From Yuukianura sp. NJ FZ-2021 (taxonomy: Eukaryota): a stretch of 46,747 nt of DNA. Below, piece by piece: positions 12,401 through 22,500 of this stretch (positions are counted from its first letter, which is position 1; every line of letters begins with the position of its first letter). The position numbers and the translations under genes are program-made. Below the pieces are notes generated by a model. It was not told the origin of the DNA. It made no database searches and saw nothing but the letters and a program-made list of their open reading frames with translations. The DNA lies in NCBI GenBank assembly GCA_046563655.1, contig JAJCTO010000015.1, positions 186,001-232,747 of the forward strand, in the 5' to 3' direction.

Positions 12401-14735
12401 CCCTTCCAACCTTACAGGAAGCATCGAAGACGGGTCGTATTGGTGTGGTGCTACTTTCCAATTTTAACACCGCACGATGAGGCAAGTAATGAATCTTCCC
12501 CTTCCCACCGTCTTCAACATCACGAATTTGAGAGATGATTCCGTCTTTCTCCCACATTTTGAAAATCGCATCATAATCGTCCAGCTTGCCAAGCGACTTC
12601 AATTTCCTGGTGGTAGTCTCTAGTCTCTTCTCTGCCACCAGCCTGTTTGTCGGAATCTTCAGTTCCCTGTCAATCCACGGGAGACAAATTGAGTAACGGC
12701 CGCTGTCATCACGTCGTACAGTTTCTATGAAGTGGTCGTATGTCAACTTATCCCGTTCTTCTTTCGTCTGAACTTCAACTGGATCACGAATTCCCAATGT
12801 ATCCAAGTTCCAAAGTTCAGTCACTGATGCACTGGAAACTCCCATTGACAAAACAGTCATCACAGTCGCCTGATTACAAAAAGAAAAATCATTGTGAGAC
12901 TGCCCCATTAAACACCAACCAAACTGAGTCTCAATTGCGGTAAGTCCACTCTTCACGTTCACTATGTTCCCTGTGAGTAGACTTCCAACCACATCCGCTC
13001 CGAGGAGCACTTCAACTTTGGCCGGGTGTGACGAATCCACATCATTGACAGAAATTCCTCTCTTCTTCAACTCCGCCTTCCAAGACCCCTGTGTTGCTCT
13101 AGGCAAAATTCCGCAAATTTGATCTTGGTCGATGACGTTGAACTGCGTAGAGAATGAACCGTCCATGTTCTTGAGTGTTACGGTAAACGTATCGTGTTTC
13201 ACATCACGGATAGTTCCACCTCCGAATACTTGATGGTTCATGGTGAGAGACGAGACTGGTTCAAACTCCAACTCCTTCGCAGTACCTGACAGAATATAGG
13301 AACGTTGGGAACCGTCATCAATAAATACTCTCACCTTCTTCGTTTTCTGATTCACTGGATTCACCAGTTTCACCATCAAAGTCTTAAGTAGAACCTCGTT
13401 CGTGCAGTTCAGATTGGTTTGTGTAGTGGAGGTCGACTCAGTCTTAGGTACTGGCTTCTTCTTCTCGTCTCCATTACACATCAGTTTGTAGTGACGTTTC
13501 CCACATTTAGAGCATCTGACGCTGATCGTACACTTTGCCCGCAAGTGACCGGTACGAAGACAGGCCCAGCATGCTCCCTTTTCTTTCAACTTGTCCTTTC
13601 GTTCCACGTCAGTCATCTTCTGTGCCTTGAAACAGTCTTGACTGGCGTGACCTTTATCACAAAAGACACAAGAATTAGAACCACTAAAAAGACCTGCTGC
13701 TGTAGGGATGTCATCTTCTTGACTCTGCTCCCTTCCCCGGGTCTGTCGTCTTCCAGTGTCTGTTTTCTTGGTACAAAGTACCACCCGACTTTCAGCATGC
13801 TCCACTTCCTCTTGTAGAAACATCCGCAAAAAGTCAAGCCTTGTCTGTGGAGGGTCGTCTTCACTACAATCTTTTCCATAATTGACACTGCGTTGCCAGG
13901 CGATCACTGTTTCTTCTGGGAGACTGGCTACTACCATGGGGTAAAGAAACACAGTCATCTCCCGTACCGTAAGTCCCAGTGATTCCAGATGTTGAATTTT
14001 TGTCTCCACCGTATCAAAGTGAGAAGCAAGATCAAATCTGTCCTTATTCTTGTTAGTCACCATGGAGATCAAGTCCTGCACATACATCAGCGACAGTAGA
14101 TCAGGATCACCAAACCGTTTCTTCAGTGCATCCACCGCCTTCTTGTAATTTTCTGCCGTGTGTGGATACCGCAAAATCAGTTTAGCCGCTTTCGATCCTT
14201 TCGTCATACACTGGTCAAGGTAGTGGAACTTGTCTGCATCGTTGAGCCTTGTGTCACGGTCAATTTTCTCAAACGATGACCACCAGTCAAGCCACTCTGA
14301 AAGTTCGCCTGAATACTTCTTTAATTCAGCCTTCGGTAACTTCACATTGTTCATTTCGCCCGAACTGCCACTGCTTCCACTTCGGCTCGAACCTTGGGCA
14401 ACGTCAGTAGCAACGGGCACAGTTGGTACTTCCAGTACTGCTTCAACCTGCACTCTGATCATCGCTACCTTCGTAGTGTACTCCAGGATTGATTCTGTTT
14501 CAGTTTCGAAAACCTCATCTGTAGTTGAATCCAAATCCAGAAGTGCCGACTTGTACGATTCGTCCAGTTCTTCCAGTTTTTGGACGTGAACGTTCAAAAC
14601 ACGAAGGTTCGATTCGATTTTCAGTTTCGGAAGTGGGTTAACCTTCAAGTCATTCTCCAAAGTCCCGATCATCCTCGTCACGATACCCCGTTCGGCCCCT
14701 CTGAGTTTCTTCAGTTTGTCCATTTCCTTGGTCAT
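9492..14735 (-). CDS. BEL/Pao Gag-Pol polyprotein, 1747 aa
   Basis: Gag KLPKAELKKYSG; three zinc knuckles (CVFC..H..C, CWAC..H..C, CSKC..H..C); protease IDDGSQ; RT YLPHRAV and YVDN; RNase H FSDAS, TIPRLEL, WTDS, NPADLPSRG; integrase HHCC, VDLAGP, SDNGTNF, GGWWERL. Confidence 0.97.
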   Translation of the reverse strand: MTKEMDKLKKLRGAERGIVTRMIGTLENDLKVNPLPKLKIESNLRVLNVHVQKLEELDESYKSALLDLDSTTDEVFETETESILEYTTKVAMIRVQVEAVLEVPTVPVATDVAQGSSRSGSSGSSGEMNNVKLPKAELKKYSGELSEWLDWWSSFEKIDRDTRLNDADKFHYLDQCMTKGSKAAKLILRYPHTAENYKKAVDALKKRFGDPDLLSLMYVQDLISMVTNKNKDRFDLASHFDTVETKIQHLESLGLTVREMTVFLYPMVVASLPEETVIAWQRSVNYGKDCSEDDPPQTRLDFLRMFLQEEVEHAESRVVLCTKKTDTGRRQTRGREQSQEDDIPTAAGLFSGSNSCVFCDKGHASQDCFKAQKMTDVERKDKLKEKGACWACLRTGHLRAKCTISVRCSKCGKRHYKLMCNGDEKKKPVPKTESTSTTQTNLNCTNEVLLKTLMVKLVNPVNQKTKKVRVFIDDGSQRSYILSGTAKELEFEPVSSLTMNHQVFGGGTIRDVKHDTFTVTLKNMDGSFSTQFNVIDQDQICGILPRATQGSWKAELKKRGISVNDVDSSHPAKVEVLLGADVVGSLLTGNIVNVKSGLTAIETQFGWCLMGQSHNDFSFCNQATVMTVLSMGVSSASVTELWNLDTLGIRDPVEVQTKEERDKLTYDHFIETVRRDDSGRYSICLPWIDRELKIPTNRLVAEKRLETTTRKLKSLGKLDDYDAIFKMWEKDGIISQIRDVEDGGKGKIHYLPHRAVLKLESSTTPIRPVFDASCKVGRAPSLNECLEKGPNLLEVIPAILLRFRMKNVGVISDIRKAFLQIEVQEQDRDSLRFLWWEDPGNEKMTVFRHNRVVFGVNSSPFLLSAVINFHLSQQESQHLDIVRELQKSLYVDNCVVSLDSVECYKKFRAEATKLLATAKMDLTQWESTGDSGVASVLGLKWDKRADTLFCAPLKDECLLQVTKRIVLSRIQQVFDPLGFLAPVMILPKLLLQRSWIENRKWEDEVNEEAKTEFCAWWEELLPVLETFRLPRKCTGSADDKGEFQLHVFSDASQHAYAAVVYLRVETTNGVEVSLIQAKSRVAPLKKTTIPRLELLSCAIAARLANSVKGALDMEKIPIRYWTDSTTALQWIRRSDEWGTFVGNRVREIVSLTEVSTWHHVPGLLNPADLPSRGVTPKKFKEMKFWWEGPSWLKLKESEWPSAEPHADEDEVGREKRRSTVTLAVNSSVPVWYTPKNSYFGNLRVFAYALRFVDKLWKRSSENSRVPSAWETQRSEQEIWKLVQSESFSSDVRLIDGIKVERDELGLVRVRTKILNRQDTEDFRCPILVPSSHPLTEQLIMDWHKINCHAGVQFVLCSLREKFWILKGRQTVKKVLKKCVKCQRFTSKNFDVPSAPLPENRVKDTCAFSVTGVDLAGPLLLKAKSNVWIVIFTCAVYRAVHLELVDSLSTNDFVLAFIRFCKRKTRPSTVYSDNGTNFHGAVNLFKQIDWAEVEQRTKEQQIQWIFNPPAAPWWGGWWERLIRSLKDLLKRMLGFRKLNKVELETCLCEVEDTINHRPLTFVTEDVQDLIPLTPAMFIHNLPVSEVPESQIVTGSDFNRKSKRLDKMLEELRQRFRKEYLGLLVQRGKQKTREFVVGDCVLIGREDVKRILWPMGIIEELISGKDGVHRVAKLRTKNGILVRPLQRLFPLEFDRDYPTGELSLDLELEMAAQDSDEEEDVETEDPEQPVITTTRSGRTVRKPVRYCDY

Positions 14736-14936
14736 CTTTAAGGTAAATAAATACCACCTGTTACTAATCAGTCAGCAATCGACAAATGGAACGATTCTCA
14801 CCAATTTCAGTCCTCGTCCGGTGAGGACAGACCTCGACGTATACAGTTGGTCGAGTCTTCAATGTAATGGATGAGCCTGTGATGTCCAAGTGTCCGTCAG
14901 TTTCAATCGATTCCGTGAATACCCGCTTCTGGTCCG

Positions 14937-14949
14937 GCCAGGGTCACCA
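14937..14949 (-). promoter_or_regulatory. Primer-binding site, probably tRNA-Trp
   Basis: Minus strand TGGTGACCCTGGC begins 3 nt after the 5' LTR. It is complementary, with G:U pairs, to the animal tRNA-Trp 3' end ...GUCGGGGUCACCA. Confidence 0.7.
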
Positions 14950-14952
14950 ATT

Positions 14953-15261
14953 TGTTAAATCCTTAATCTCTCCCCGAGAAGAAGTGATTTTCGTTCGTTG
15001 GACCGAAGCAGTCACGAGAATTGATTTTGAAACATTTATTTTACTTATTCTGAAAATTTAACCAATTGACCAAATTCCTTTTTCTTTTCTTAATATCCAC
15101 AATCCTACTAAAAATCTTAACACACAAAATTCCAATTCAAAGACACGCCAGGAAAAAACGCCATTTCAAATCGAGCGCCTCTTTCTCAAAAATAACAAAA
15201 CAAATCTGGCGCTGGTTTTTAACTTAAAATCAATAATTAAAATTAACCTTAATTTCTAACA
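14953..15261 (-). repeat. 5' LTR
   Basis: Direct repeat of 8953-9261, offset by exactly 6000 bp. Confidence 0.96.
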
Positions 15262-18200
15262 GAAAGAGTGATTTTCCTACTAAACTTTTAACGTTTTGGA
15301 ATTTGGAATTATGCTATTTAGAAAGAATGATTTTCCTACTACACTTTTAACTTTTTGGAATTTGGAATTATGCTATTTAGAAAGAGTGATTTTCCTACTA
15401 CACTTTTAACTTTTTGGAATTTGGAATTATGTCATTTAGAAAGAGTGATTTTCCTACTAAACTTTTAACTTTTTGGAATTTGGAATTATGCTATTTAGAA
15501 AGAGTGATTTTCCTACTACACTTTTAACTTTTTGGAATTTGGAATTATGCTATTTAGAAAGAGTGATTTTCCTACTAAACTTTTAACTTTTTGGAATTTG
15601 GAATTATGTCATTTAGAAAGAGTGATTTTCCTACTAAACTTTTAACTTTTTGGAATTTGGAATTATGCTGTTTAGAAGGAGTGATTTTCCTACTAAACTT
15701 TTAACTTTTTGGAATTTGGAATTATGCTGTTTAGAAGAAGTGATTTTCCTACTAAACTTTTAACTTTTTGGAATTTGGAATTATGCTATTTAGAAAGAGT
15801 GATTTTCCTACTAAACTTTTAACTTTTTGGAATTTGGAATTATGTCATTTAGAAAGAGTGATTTTCCTACTAAACTTTTAACTTTTTGGAATTTGGAATT
15901 ATGTCATTTAGAAAGAGTGATTTTCCTACTAAACTTTTAACTTTTTGGAATTTGGAATTATGCTATTTAGAAGGAGTGATTTTCCTACTAAACTTTTAAC
16001 TTTTTGGAATTTGGAATTATGTCATTTAGAAAGAGTGATTTTCCTACTAAACTTTTAACTTTTTGGAATTTGGAATTATGCTGTTTAGAAGGAGTGATTT
16101 TCCTACTAAACTTTTAACTTTTTGGAATTTGGAATTATGCTATTTAGAAAGAGTGATTTTCCTACTAAACTTTTAACTTTTTGGAATTTGGAATTATGCT
16201 ATTTAGAAAGAGTGATTTTCCTACTAAACTTTTAACGTTTTGGAATTTGGAATTATGCTATTTAGAAAGAATGATTTTCCTACTACACTTTTAACTTTTT
16301 GGAATTTGGAATTATGCTATTTAGAAAGAGTGATTTTCCTACTACACTTTTAACTTTTTGGAATTTGGAATTATGTCATTTAGAAAGAGTGATTTTCCTA
16401 CTAAACTTTTAACTTTTTGGAATTTGGAATTATGCTATTTAGAAAGAGTGATTTTCCTACTACACTTTTAACTTTTTGGAATTTGGAATTATGCTATTTA
16501 GAAAGAGTGATTTTCCTACTAAACTTTTAACTTTTTGGAATTTGGAATTATGCTATTTAGAAAGAGTGATTTTCCTACTACACTTTTAACTTTTTGGAAT
16601 TTGGAATTATGCTATTTAGAAAGAGTGATTTTCCTACTAAACTTTTAACTTTTTGGAATTTGGAATTATGCTGTTTAGAAGGAGTGATTTTCCTACTAAA
16701 CTTTTAACTTTTTGGAATTTGGAATTATGCTATTTAGAAAGAGTGATTTTCCTACTAAACTTTTAACTTTTTGGAATTTGGAATTATGTCATTTAGAAAG
16801 AGTGATTTTCCTACTAAACTTTTAACTTTTTGGAATTTGGAATTATGCTATTTAGAAAGAGTGATTTTCCTACTAAACTTTTAACTTTTTGGAATTTGGA
16901 ATTATGCTGTTTAGAAGGAGTGATTTTCCTACTAAACTTTTAACTTTTTGGAATTTGGAATTATGCTGTTTAGAAGGAGTGATTTTCCTACTACACTTTT
17001 AACTTTTTGGAATTTGGAATTATGCTATTTAGAAAGAGTGATTTTCCTACTAAACTTTTAACTTTTTGGAATTTGGAATTATGCTATTTAGAAAGAGTGA
17101 TTTTCCTACTAAACTTTTAACTTTTTGGAATTTTGAATTATGCTATTTAGAAAGAGTGATTTTCCTACTAAACTTTTAACTTTTTGGAATTTTGAATTAT
17201 GTCATTTAGAAGGAGTGATTTTCCTACTAAACTTTTAACTTTTTGGAAATTGGAATTATGCTATTTAGAAAGAGTGATTTTCCTACTAAACTTTTAACTT
17301 TTTGGAATTTGGAATTATGCTGTTTAGAAGGAGTGATTTTCCTACTAAACTTTTAACTTTTTGGAATTTGGAATTATGCTATTTAGAAAGAGTGATTTTC
17401 CTACTAAACTTTTAACTTTTTGGAATTTGGAATTATGCTGTTTAGAAGAAGTGATTTTCCTACTAAACTTTTAACTTTTTGGAATTTGGAATTATGCTGT
17501 TTAGAAGGAGTGATTTTCCTACTAAACTTTTAACTTTTTGGAATTTGGAATTATGCTATTTAGAAAGAGTGATTTTCCTACTAAACTTTTAACTTTTTGG
17601 AATTTGGAATTATGCTATTTAGAAAGAGTGATTTTCCTACTACACTTTTAACTTTTTGGAATTTGGAATTATGCTATTTAGAAAGATTGATTTTCCTACT
17701 AAACTTTTAACTTTTTGGAATTTGGAATTATGTCATTTAGAAAGAGTGATTTTCCTACTAAACTTTTAACTTTTTGGAATTTGGAATTATGCTGTTTAGA
17801 AGGAGTGATTTTCCTACTACACTTTTAACTTTTTGGAATTTGGAATTATGCTATTTAGAAGGAGTGATTTTCCTACTACACTTTTAACTTTTTGGAATTT
17901 GGAATTATGTCATTTAGAAAGAGTGATTTTCCTACTAAACTTTTAACTTTTTGGAATTTGGAATTATGCTATTTAGAAAGAGTGATTTTCCTACTAAACT
18001 TTTAACTTTTTGGAATTTGGAATTATGCTATTTAGAAAGAGTGATTTTCCTACTAAACTTTTAACTTTTTGGAATTTGGAATTATGCTATTTAGAAAGAG
18101 TGATTTTCCTACTAAACTTTTAACTTTTTGGAATTTGGAATTATGCTGTTTAGAAGAAGTGATTTTCCTACTAAACTTTTAACTTTTTGGAATTTGGAAT

Positions 18201-19535
18201 TATGCTGTTTAGAAGGAGTGATTTTCCTACTAAACTTTTAACTTTTTGGAATTTGGAATTATGCTATTTAGAAAGAGTGATTTTCCTACTAAACTTTTAA
18301 CTTTTTGGAATTTGGAATTATGCTATTTAGAAAGAGTGATTTTCCTACTACACTTTTAACTTTTTGGAATTTGGAATTATGCTATTTAGAAAGATTGATT
18401 TTCCTACTAAACTTTTAACTTTTTGGAATTTGGAATTATGTCATTTAGAAAGAGTGATTTTCCTACTAAACTTTTAACTTTTTGGAATTTGGAATTATGC
18501 TGTTTAGAAGGAGTGATTTTCCTACTACACTTTTAACTTTTTGGAATTTGGAATTATGCTATTTAGAAGGAGTGATTTTCCTACTACACTTTTAACTTTT
18601 TGGAATTTGGAATTATGTCATTTAGAAAGAGTGATTTTCCTACTAAACTTTTAACTTTTTGGAATTTGGAATTATGCTATTTAGAAAGAGTGATTTTCCT
18701 ACTAAACTTTTAACTTTTTGGAATTTGGAATTATGCTATTTAGAAAGAGTGATTTTCCTACTAAACTTTTAACTTTTTGGAATTTGGAATTATGCTATTT
18801 AGAAGGAGTGATTTTCCTACTAAACTTTTAACTTTTTGGAATTTGGAATTATGCTATTTAGAAAGAGTGATTTTCCTACTAAACTTTTAACTTTTTGGAA
18901 TTTGGAATTATGTCATTTAGAAAGAGTGATTTTCCTACTAAACTTTTAACTTTTTGGAATTTTGAATTATGTCATTTAGAAGGAGTGATTTTCCTACTAA
19001 ACTTTTAACTTTTTGGAATTTGGAATTATGCTGTTTAGAAGGAGTGATTTTCCTACTAAACTTTTAACTTTTTGGAATTTGGAATTATGCTATTTAGAAA
19101 GAGTGATTTTCCTACTAAACTTTTAACTTTTTGGAATTTGGAATTATGCTATTTAGAAAGAGTGATTTTCCTACTAAACTTTTAACTTTTTGGAATTTGG
19201 AATTATGCTATTTAGAAAGAGTGATTTTCCTACTAAACTTTTAACTTTTTGGAATTTGGAATTATGTCATTTAGAAAGAGTGATTTTCCTACTAAACTTT
19301 TAACTTTTTGGAATTTGGAATTATGCTGTTTAGAAGGAGTGATTTTCCTACTAAACTTTTAACTTTTTGGAATTTGGAATTATGCTATTTAGAAAGAGTG
19401 ATTTTCCTACTAAACTTTTAACTTTTTGGAATTTGGAATTATGCTATTTAGAAAGAGTGATTTTCCTACTAAACTTTTAACTTTTTGGAATTTGGAATTA
19501 TGCTATTTAGAAAGAGTGATTTTCCTACTACACTT
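15262..19535 (+). repeat. 59-bp satellite array, block 2 (~72 copies)
   Basis: Same unit and orientation as block 1, resuming in register after the TSD. Confidence 0.99.
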
Positions 19536-22500
19536 GACATAATTCCAAATTCCAAAAAGTTAAAAGTTTAGTAGGAAAATCACTCTTTCTAAATAGCATA
19601 ATTCCAAATTCCAAAAAGTTAAAAGTTTAGTAGGAAAATCACTCCTTCTAAACAGCATAATTCCAAATTCCAAAAAGTTAAAAGTTTAGTAGGAAAATCA
19701 CTCCTTCTAAACAGCATAATTCCAAATTCCAAAAAGTTAAAAGTTTAGTAGGAAAATCACTCTTTCTAAATGACATAATTCCAAATTCCAAAAAGTTAAA
19801 AGTTTAGTAGGAAAATCACTCTTTCTAAATAGCATAATTCCAAATTCCAAAAAGTTAAAAGTTTAGTAGGAAAATCACTCTTTCTAAACAGCATAATTCC
19901 AAATTCCAAAAAGTTAAAAGTTTAGTAGGAAAATCACTCTTTCTAAATGACATAATTCCAAATTCCAAAAAGTTAAAAGTTTAGTAGGAAAATCACTCTT
20001 TCTAAATAGCATAATTCCAAATTCCAAAAAGTTAAAAGTTTAGTAGGAAAATCACTCTTTCTAAATAGCATAATTCCAAATTCCAAAAAGTTAAAAGTTT
20101 AGTAGGAAAATCACTCTTTCTAAATAGCATAATTCCAAATTCCAAAAAGTTAAAAGTTTAGTAGGAAAATCACTCTTTCTAAATAGCATAATTCCAAATT
20201 CCAAAACGTTAAAAGTTTAGTAGGAAAATCACTCTTTCTAAATAGCATAATTCCAAATTCCAAAAAGTTAAAAGTTTAGTAGGAAAATCACTCCTTCTAA
20301 ACAGCATAATTCCAAATTCCAAAAAGTTAAAAGTTTAGTAGGAAAATCACTCTTTCTAAATAGCATAATTCCAAATTCCAAAAAGTTAAAAGTTTAGTAG
20401 GAAAATCACTCCTTCTAAACAGCATAATTCCAAATTCCAAAAAGTTAAAAGTTTAGTAGGAAAATCACTCTTTCTAAATAGCATAATTCCAAATTCCAAA
20501 AAGTTAAAAGTTTAGTAGGAAAATCACTCTTTCTAAATGACATAATTCCAAATTCCAAAAAGTTAAAAGTTTAGTAGGAAAATCACTCTTTCTAAATAGC
20601 ATAATTCCAAATTCCAAAAAGTTAAAAGTTTAGTAGGAAAATCACTCTTTCTAAATAGCATAATTCCAAATTCCAAAAAGTTAAAAGTTTAGTAGGAAAA
20701 TCATTCTTTCTAAATAGCATAATTCCAAATTCCAAAAAGTTAAAAGTTTAGTAGGAAAATCACTCCTTCTAAATGACATAATTCCAAATTCCAAAAAGTT
20801 AAAAGTTTAGTAGGAAAATCACTCTTTCTAAATAGCATAATTCCAAATTCCAAAAAGTTAAAAGTTTAGTAGGAAAATCACTCCTTCTAAATAGCATAAT
20901 TCCAAATTACAAAAAGTTAAAAGTTTAGTAGGAAAATCACTCTTTCTAAATAGCATAATTCCAAATTCCAAAAAGTTAAAAGTTTAGTAGGAAAATCACT
21001 CTTTCTAAATAGCATAATTCCAAATTCCAAAAAGTTAAAAGTTTAGTAGGAAAATCACTCTTTCTAAATAGCATAATTCCAAATTCCAAAAAGTTAAAAG
21101 TTTAGTAGGAAAATCACTCTTTCTAAATAGCATAATTCCAAATTCCAAAAAGTTAAAAGTTTAGTAGGAAAATCACTCTTTCTAAATAGCATAATTCCAA
21201 ATTCCAAAAAGTTAAAAGTTTAGTAGGAAAATCACTCTTTCTAAATAGCATAATTCCAAATTCCAAAAAGTTAAAAGTTTAGTAGGAAAATCACTCCTTC
21301 TAAACAGCATAATTCCAAATTCCAAAAAGTTAAAAGTTTAGTAGGAAAATCACTCTTTCTAAATGACATAATTCCAAATTCCAAAAAGTTAAAAGTTTAG
21401 TAGGAAAATCACTCTTTCTAAATAGCATAATTCCAAATTCCAAAAAGTTAAAAGTGTAGTAGGAAAATCACTCTTTCTAAATAGCATAATTCCAAATTCC
21501 AAAAAGTTAAAAGTTTAGTAGGAAAATCACTCCTTCTAAATAGCATAATTCCAAATTCCAAAAAGTTAAAAGTGTAGTAGGAAAATCACTCTTTCTAAAT
21601 AGCATAATTCCAAATTCCAAAAAGTTAAAAGTGTAGTAGGAAAATCACTCTTTCTAAATAGCATAATTCCAAATTCCAAAAAGTTAAAAGTTTAGTAGGA
21701 AAATCACTCTTTCTAAATAGCATAATTCCAAATTCCAAAAAGTTAAAAGTTTAGTAGGAAAATCACTTCTTCTAAACAGCATAATTCCAAATTCCAAAAA
21801 GTTAAAAGTTTAGTAGGAAAATCACTCTTTCTAAATAGCATAATTCCAAATTCCAAAAAGTTAAAAGTTTAGTAGGAAAATCACTCTTTCTAAATAGCAT
21901 AATTCCAAATTCCAAAAAGTTAAAAGTGTAGTAGGAAAATCACTCTTTCTAAATAGCATAATTCCAAATTCCAAAAAGTTAAAAGTTTAGTAGGAAAATC
22001 ACTCTTTCTAAATAGCATAATTCCAAATTCCAAAAAGTTAAAAGTGTAGTAGGAAAATCACTCTTTCTAAATAGCATAATTCCAAATTCCAAAAAGTTAA
22101 AAGTGTAGTAGGAAAATCACTCTTTCTAAATAGCATAATTCCAAATTCCAAAAAGTTAAAAGTGTAGTAGGAAAATCACTCTTTCTAAATAGCATAATTC
22201 CAAATTCCAAAAAGTTAAAAGTTTAGTAGGAAAATCACTTCTTTCTAAACAGCATAATTCCAAATTCCAAAAAGTTAAAAGTTTAGTAGGAAAATCACTC
22301 TTTCTAAATAGCATAATTCCAAATTCCAAAAAGTTAAAAGTTTAGTAGGAAAATCACTCTTTCTAAATAGCATAATTCCAAATTCCAAAAAGTTAAAAGT
22401 TTAGTAGGAAAATCACTTCTTCTAAACAGCATAATTCCAAATTCCAAAAAGTTAAAAGTTTAGTAGGAAAATCACTCTTTCTAAATAGCATAATTCCAAA

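Larger units (their letters stand above)
8953..15261 (-). mobile_element. Full-length BEL/Pao LTR retrotransposon (6309 bp) inserted in the 59-bp satellite
   Basis: Two direct 309-bp TG...CA LTRs; 5-bp TSD GAAAG (8948-8952 and 15262-15266) that restores the satellite register; PBS, PPT and a single gag-PR-RT-RH-IN ORF. Confidence 0.98.

Noticed and set aside
8953..14953. LTR starts exactly 6000 bp apart
   Set aside because: This is a numerical coincidence; the TSD, PBS, PPT and ORF all look natural.
8864..15061. Short ORFs overlapping the LTRs or antisense to gag-pol, and a possible env gene
   Set aside because: They are shadow ORFs. Only ~230 bp of repeat-rich UTR lies between pol and the 3' LTR, leaving no room for env.
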